64,000 bases of DNA from Leucoraja erinacea (taxonomy: Eukaryota). The position numbers were made by a program, and so were the translations under genes. The stretch is taken from assembly GCF_028641065.1 (NCBI RefSeq), contig NC_073400.1:29512001-29576000 (forward strand), written 5' to 3'. The notes beneath the pieces were generated by a model. It had not been told where the DNA came from. It made no database searches and worked only from the letters and a program-made list of their open reading frames with translations. Positions 60,141 through 64,000 of this stretch are shown here, in pieces (positions within the stretch are counted from its first letter, which is position 1; every line of letters begins with the position of its first letter).

Positions 60141-60952
60141 AGGAGGCCTTTGAGGTTGGGACCCTTCTTCAGAGAAAGGTTCTGACCCAAAATAGTACCA
60201 ATCCATTTCCGCCAGAGATGTTTTTTGACCATCTAAGTTACTCCAGCATTTTGGGTTTGTCTTTGGTATAAACCGGCATTTATTATAGCTATTTCTGAGC
60301 GGTTTGGTTCAATTCATCGGGTGTCAGGGGTGATGGGGAGGAGGCAGGAGGGAGAGGTAGATTAACGATGAAGGAATGGTGGAGTAGCCTTGAATAACCA
60401 AATTGGCTGCCCCTATCACAAATGGCTTTATGAATTCCACTCCCATCACCAACCTCTTTCATCCGCTAGTATAATGAATGAGCCTAGATCATGCATACAA
60501 ATGATAAAATGGCGCTGCTTCCCATTCCTATTATACCCACCCTCATTCCCCCCACCCACAAGTTCCCCAACCCTACCATCATCATTCCTTGCAAGGGTCT
60601 GCCTAAGCACACCACACCCCATTGTCTCTGGGGCAAAATATTGTGGGTTCAAGTCTGTAAAGGGGCAATGGATCAAGCAAGAAAATGGGTTCAAGTGGAT
60701 AGTGGGCTAAGGCAGATAAGCCCAAGATGTAAAATGATCCTCAAGCCTGGGTAAGGGGCCTCACTGAAACTTGGTCAAGACTGGATTTTACCTGCCTCAG
60801 TGACCAGTTGCAAATAAAATCTTAAGTGAGCCCATCCCTAGATACTGCACAGCCAAGGGGAAATGGGGAGAGGGAGGACAGTAATGTAGCGTGGAACTGC
60901 AGAACTATTCATAGCTTTTATAGCCTATTAACAGTGCAAGAAGTGAGTCAAG

Positions 60953-61795
60953 TATGCAGATGGTACAACGGTGATTGGCCTCATCAGCAACATCGATGAG
61001 CTGGCCTACAGGGAGGAGGTCCAGCGCTTAGCAGCATGGTGCACTGACAACAACCTGGCCCTTAACTCCAAGAAGACCAAGGAGCTCATTGTAGACTTCA
61101 GGAAGTCCAGAGGCGGCACGCACACCCCCATCCACATTAACGGGACGGAGGTGGAACGTGTTTCTAGCTTCAGGTTCCTGGGAGTCAACATCTCCGATGA
61201 CCTCTCTTGGACCCACAATACCTCTACTCTGATCAAGAAGGCTCATCAGCGTCTCTTCTTCCTGAGGAGACTGAAGAAGGTCCATCTGTCTCCTCAGATC
61301 CTGGTGAACTTCTACCGCTGCACCATCGAGAGCATCCTTACCAACTGCATCACAGTATGGTATGGCAACTGCTCTGTCTCCGACCGGAAGGCATTGCAGA
61401 GGGTGGTGAAAATTGCCCAACGCATCACCGGTTCCACGCTCCCCTCCATTGAGTCTGTCCAAAGCAAGCGCTGTCTGCGGAGGGCGCTCAGCATCGCCAA
61501 GGACTGCTCTCACCCCAACCATGGACTGTTTACCCTCCTACCATCCGGGAGGCGCTACAGGTCTCTCCATTGCCGAACCAGCAGGTCGAGGAACAGCTTC
61601 TTTCTGGCGGCTGTCACTCTACTCAACAACGTACCTCGGTGACTGCCAATCACCCCCCCCCCCCCCCCCGGACACTTATTATTTTTTATTCAAATCGTTT
61701 GCTATGTCGCTCCTCAAGGGAGATGCTAAATGCATTTCGTTGTCTCTGTACTGTACACTGACAATGACAATTAAAATTGAATCTGAATCTGAATC
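60953..61795 (+). mobile_element. Rex1/Babar-type LINE, 5'-truncated at the RT YADD region
   Basis: YADGTTVIGLISN...WCTDNNLALNSKKTKELIVDFRK...; 223-aa open frame; (tctgaa)n tail; 9-bp TSD tgagtcaag; empty paralogous site near 39360. Confidence 0.9.
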
Positions 61796-63247
61796 TGAGT
61801 CAAGAGAGTTTTATTGTCTTAGAGTATATACTTGCAGCAGCACAACAGAGTAATATACATGAATTCCTTTATCTTTTGTACTCACTGAGAATGCAAGTTG
61901 GAGGTAGGAGAGGAAGGTAATGTAGATGTGGTTGTGTAAAAGGCAATGAATGTTTTGTATCTGAGGGCATCAACCCCAGGACATGTATAACCAAAGTTGG
62001 CCAATTTGTAATTAAAATATTTTTTTCTGAAAACAAGTCCAGAGTCCATGTGAAATGTTCCCGTATGCAACATCCCTCCCCAGTAAATGAGCACATGACC
62101 TACGAGCACCACAGTGCCAACTGGTAGAGTACGTCACTGCCTGAACTGCACATTTCTGGGTGAGATCCGAAAACAAGAAGATTCAACTGTCATGACCACA
62201 GAAACCATCCCACAAAAAAGGGAATTTCTGTAGCAGAAGGAAGTTCGATTGGAAATTCTGGTCTTAGCAGCATTGCTACAGGACCTCTTCTCAACTCTAG
62301 AGGTACTCTGTTCGAAATATGCAAAACTCTTACTGGGCAGAAGAGTGCAGGAGAAGGGATGAGGTTTTCCTTGTCTCAATTGTCCAGACGCAGTGAGGAG
62401 GTGTAAGTTGGGCTGAAGGGCCTGTTTCTGCATTGTATTGCTCTATGACTACAATACAATCTAGCCTGGGAACAATTGTTTCTTAGATATTAAAGGACCT
62501 ATGGAAATAGAACTAGCACTGGATATTGACATGATGGATAAGCTATGATTTCAATGCATAAATGACAAATGGGGACTGGCATATTTGTTCATTAATTTGT
62601 TGACCCTACAATACATATTCATTTGTTATGAACACATTTCCAGTCAATGTACAAACACATCAAAGGCCAACATGCCATGGAATGAAACATTGAGTGTGAG
62701 CTGCATCTGGCTGTGGTTTACGTGCTTCCTGTTTGAGCAAAACACAAAAAGGAAATGGACAGATGACATTTCAGGTCACGACCCTACTTCAGACTTTTCT
62801 CAGAATATGACTGCAGCAGAAAGCCACAAACAAACAATGTTCATAGGTTCATAAGTTCGAAGTGCAGAATTAGGCCTTTCGGCCCATCAAGTCTACCATT
62901 CAATCATGGCTGATGTATTTTCTCCTGTCTTCTCCCCATAACTCCTAACACCCCCTCTAATCAGGAATCTGTCAATCTCTGCCTAAAAAATATTAATTGA
63001 CTTGGCTTCCACAAATTCACCATCTTTTGACTGAAGAAATTTGGCCCATATCTCTGTAAACCTATCCTGTCCAGATTTCCTCAGGTTCCTATTAAATCTT
63101 TCCCCCTCACTATAAACCTATGTCCCCTGGCTCTCAAACTATGTCCCCTGGTTCTCAAGTATTCAGTAAGAACATGTAGAGTATAAGAATGTTAGCTCAG
63201 GGAGAGCACCTTGCCCTGGCAGGTCACTGGGTTTCAGGTAGAACGCA

Positions 63248-63500
63248 GTGGCACAGCGGTAAAGCTGCTGCCTTTCAGCGCCAGAGACCCAGGTTCGATG
63301 CTGACTTCGGGTGCTGTCTGTATGGAGTTTGTACGTTCTCCCTGTGTCCGCATGGGTTTTCACCGGGTGCTCCGGTTTCCTCCCACACTCCAAAGACGTA
63401 CAGGTTTGTAGGTTAATCTGCTCAGTAAATTGTATACGGGGTGAACACTGGTTGGCATGGTCTCAGTGGGCCGAAGAGCCTGTTTCCATGCTGTATCTAT
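63248..63500 (+). mobile_element. tRNA-derived V-SINE (HE1-like); other copies at ~19520-19800(-), ~33130-33440(-), ~38090-38244(+), ~40930-41175(+), ~51950-52190(-), ~54780-55080(+), ~63810-64000(+)
   Basis: A/B-box-like tggcacagcggta / ggttcgat, V-domain core tggagtttgtacgttctccc...ggtttcctcccaca, CR1-like 3' tail. Confidence 0.75.
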
Positions 63501-64000
63501 AAAGTTTTCTTGCCAATTGCACACTCCAGAAATAGATGGATAACAGTTTTGTCCAGAGCACAGCTGCCTTGTGTAGCTCTGTGGTTGTGCAACACAATGC
63601 AACGCAAAAAGGATCTGACTTTGGAGCCCTTCCCACCAACACACAAGGAAGGATGTTCACAGTCGGCTTGCAAAATCATCGGGGAGGAAGTACCTTAGAC
63701 TTAACCCTGCGGTTTGCTTGCTAGTTTGCATGCATGCAGCTCCCACGCTGCTAACCAGAGTTCAATCCTTGTTCTTGCCTGCAAGGTAAGTTGAAGGATA
63801 TGTCAGACAATCACAGGTAGAGCCGCTACCTCACAGCATCCGAGTCCCGGGTTCGATCCTGACCTTGGGTGCTGTCTGTGTGGAGTTCGCACGTTCTCTG
63901 TGTACCATGTTCGTTTCCTCCGGGTGTGCGTATTTCCTCCCACATCCCAAAGACGTGTGGGTTTGTAGGTTAATTGGCCCTCTGCAAATTCACCCTCGTG

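Noticed and set aside
63189-63300. tRNA-like A/B boxes
   Set aside because: Head of a tRNA-derived SINE; no cloverleaf
63760-63792. Isolated strong donor-like site gcaag|gtaagt
   Set aside because: No supportable exon or gene context within the window

Overview
Eukaryotic, intron-rich DNA from a cartilaginous fish, probably a skate or ray. The evidence is HE1-like V-SINEs, HER1-like CR1 LINEs, Penelope and Rex1/Babar retroelements, and the gene family itself. The window holds a tandem array of four + strand Ig-superfamily immune-receptor genes with CD300/pIgR/TREM-like V domains, resembling skate MDIRs. The full architecture is leader-V1-C2a-V2-C2b-stalk-TM-cytoplasmic, with all Ig exons in symmetric phase 1. 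Genes 3 (25524-36167) and 4 (42349-58872) splice into intact 593-aa inhibitory receptors with a neutral TM and three ITIM-consensus motifs. Gene 1 (5' end outside the window, ends 6290) and gene 2 (~11180-21974) end in a different TM exon carrying Glu and Arg plus a short Tyr-free tail, i.e. activating type, so this looks like a paired-receptor locus. Other observations: loop-focused divergence of V1, ectodomain/endodomain mosaicism, an inverted fossil ITIM exon in the V2-C2b intron next to a fold-back palindrome, a candidate 19-nt alternative stalk micro-exon, a ~5 kb domain-removing deletion in gene 2, an indel-riddled segment (~10.7-14.9 kb) that may be an assembly artefact, a young palindromic Penelope insertion with hammerhead-like motifs, and an LTR with a tRNA-Ser PBS. 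All exon calls are manual, from GT-AG sites, phase and paralog comparison; no database searches were run.
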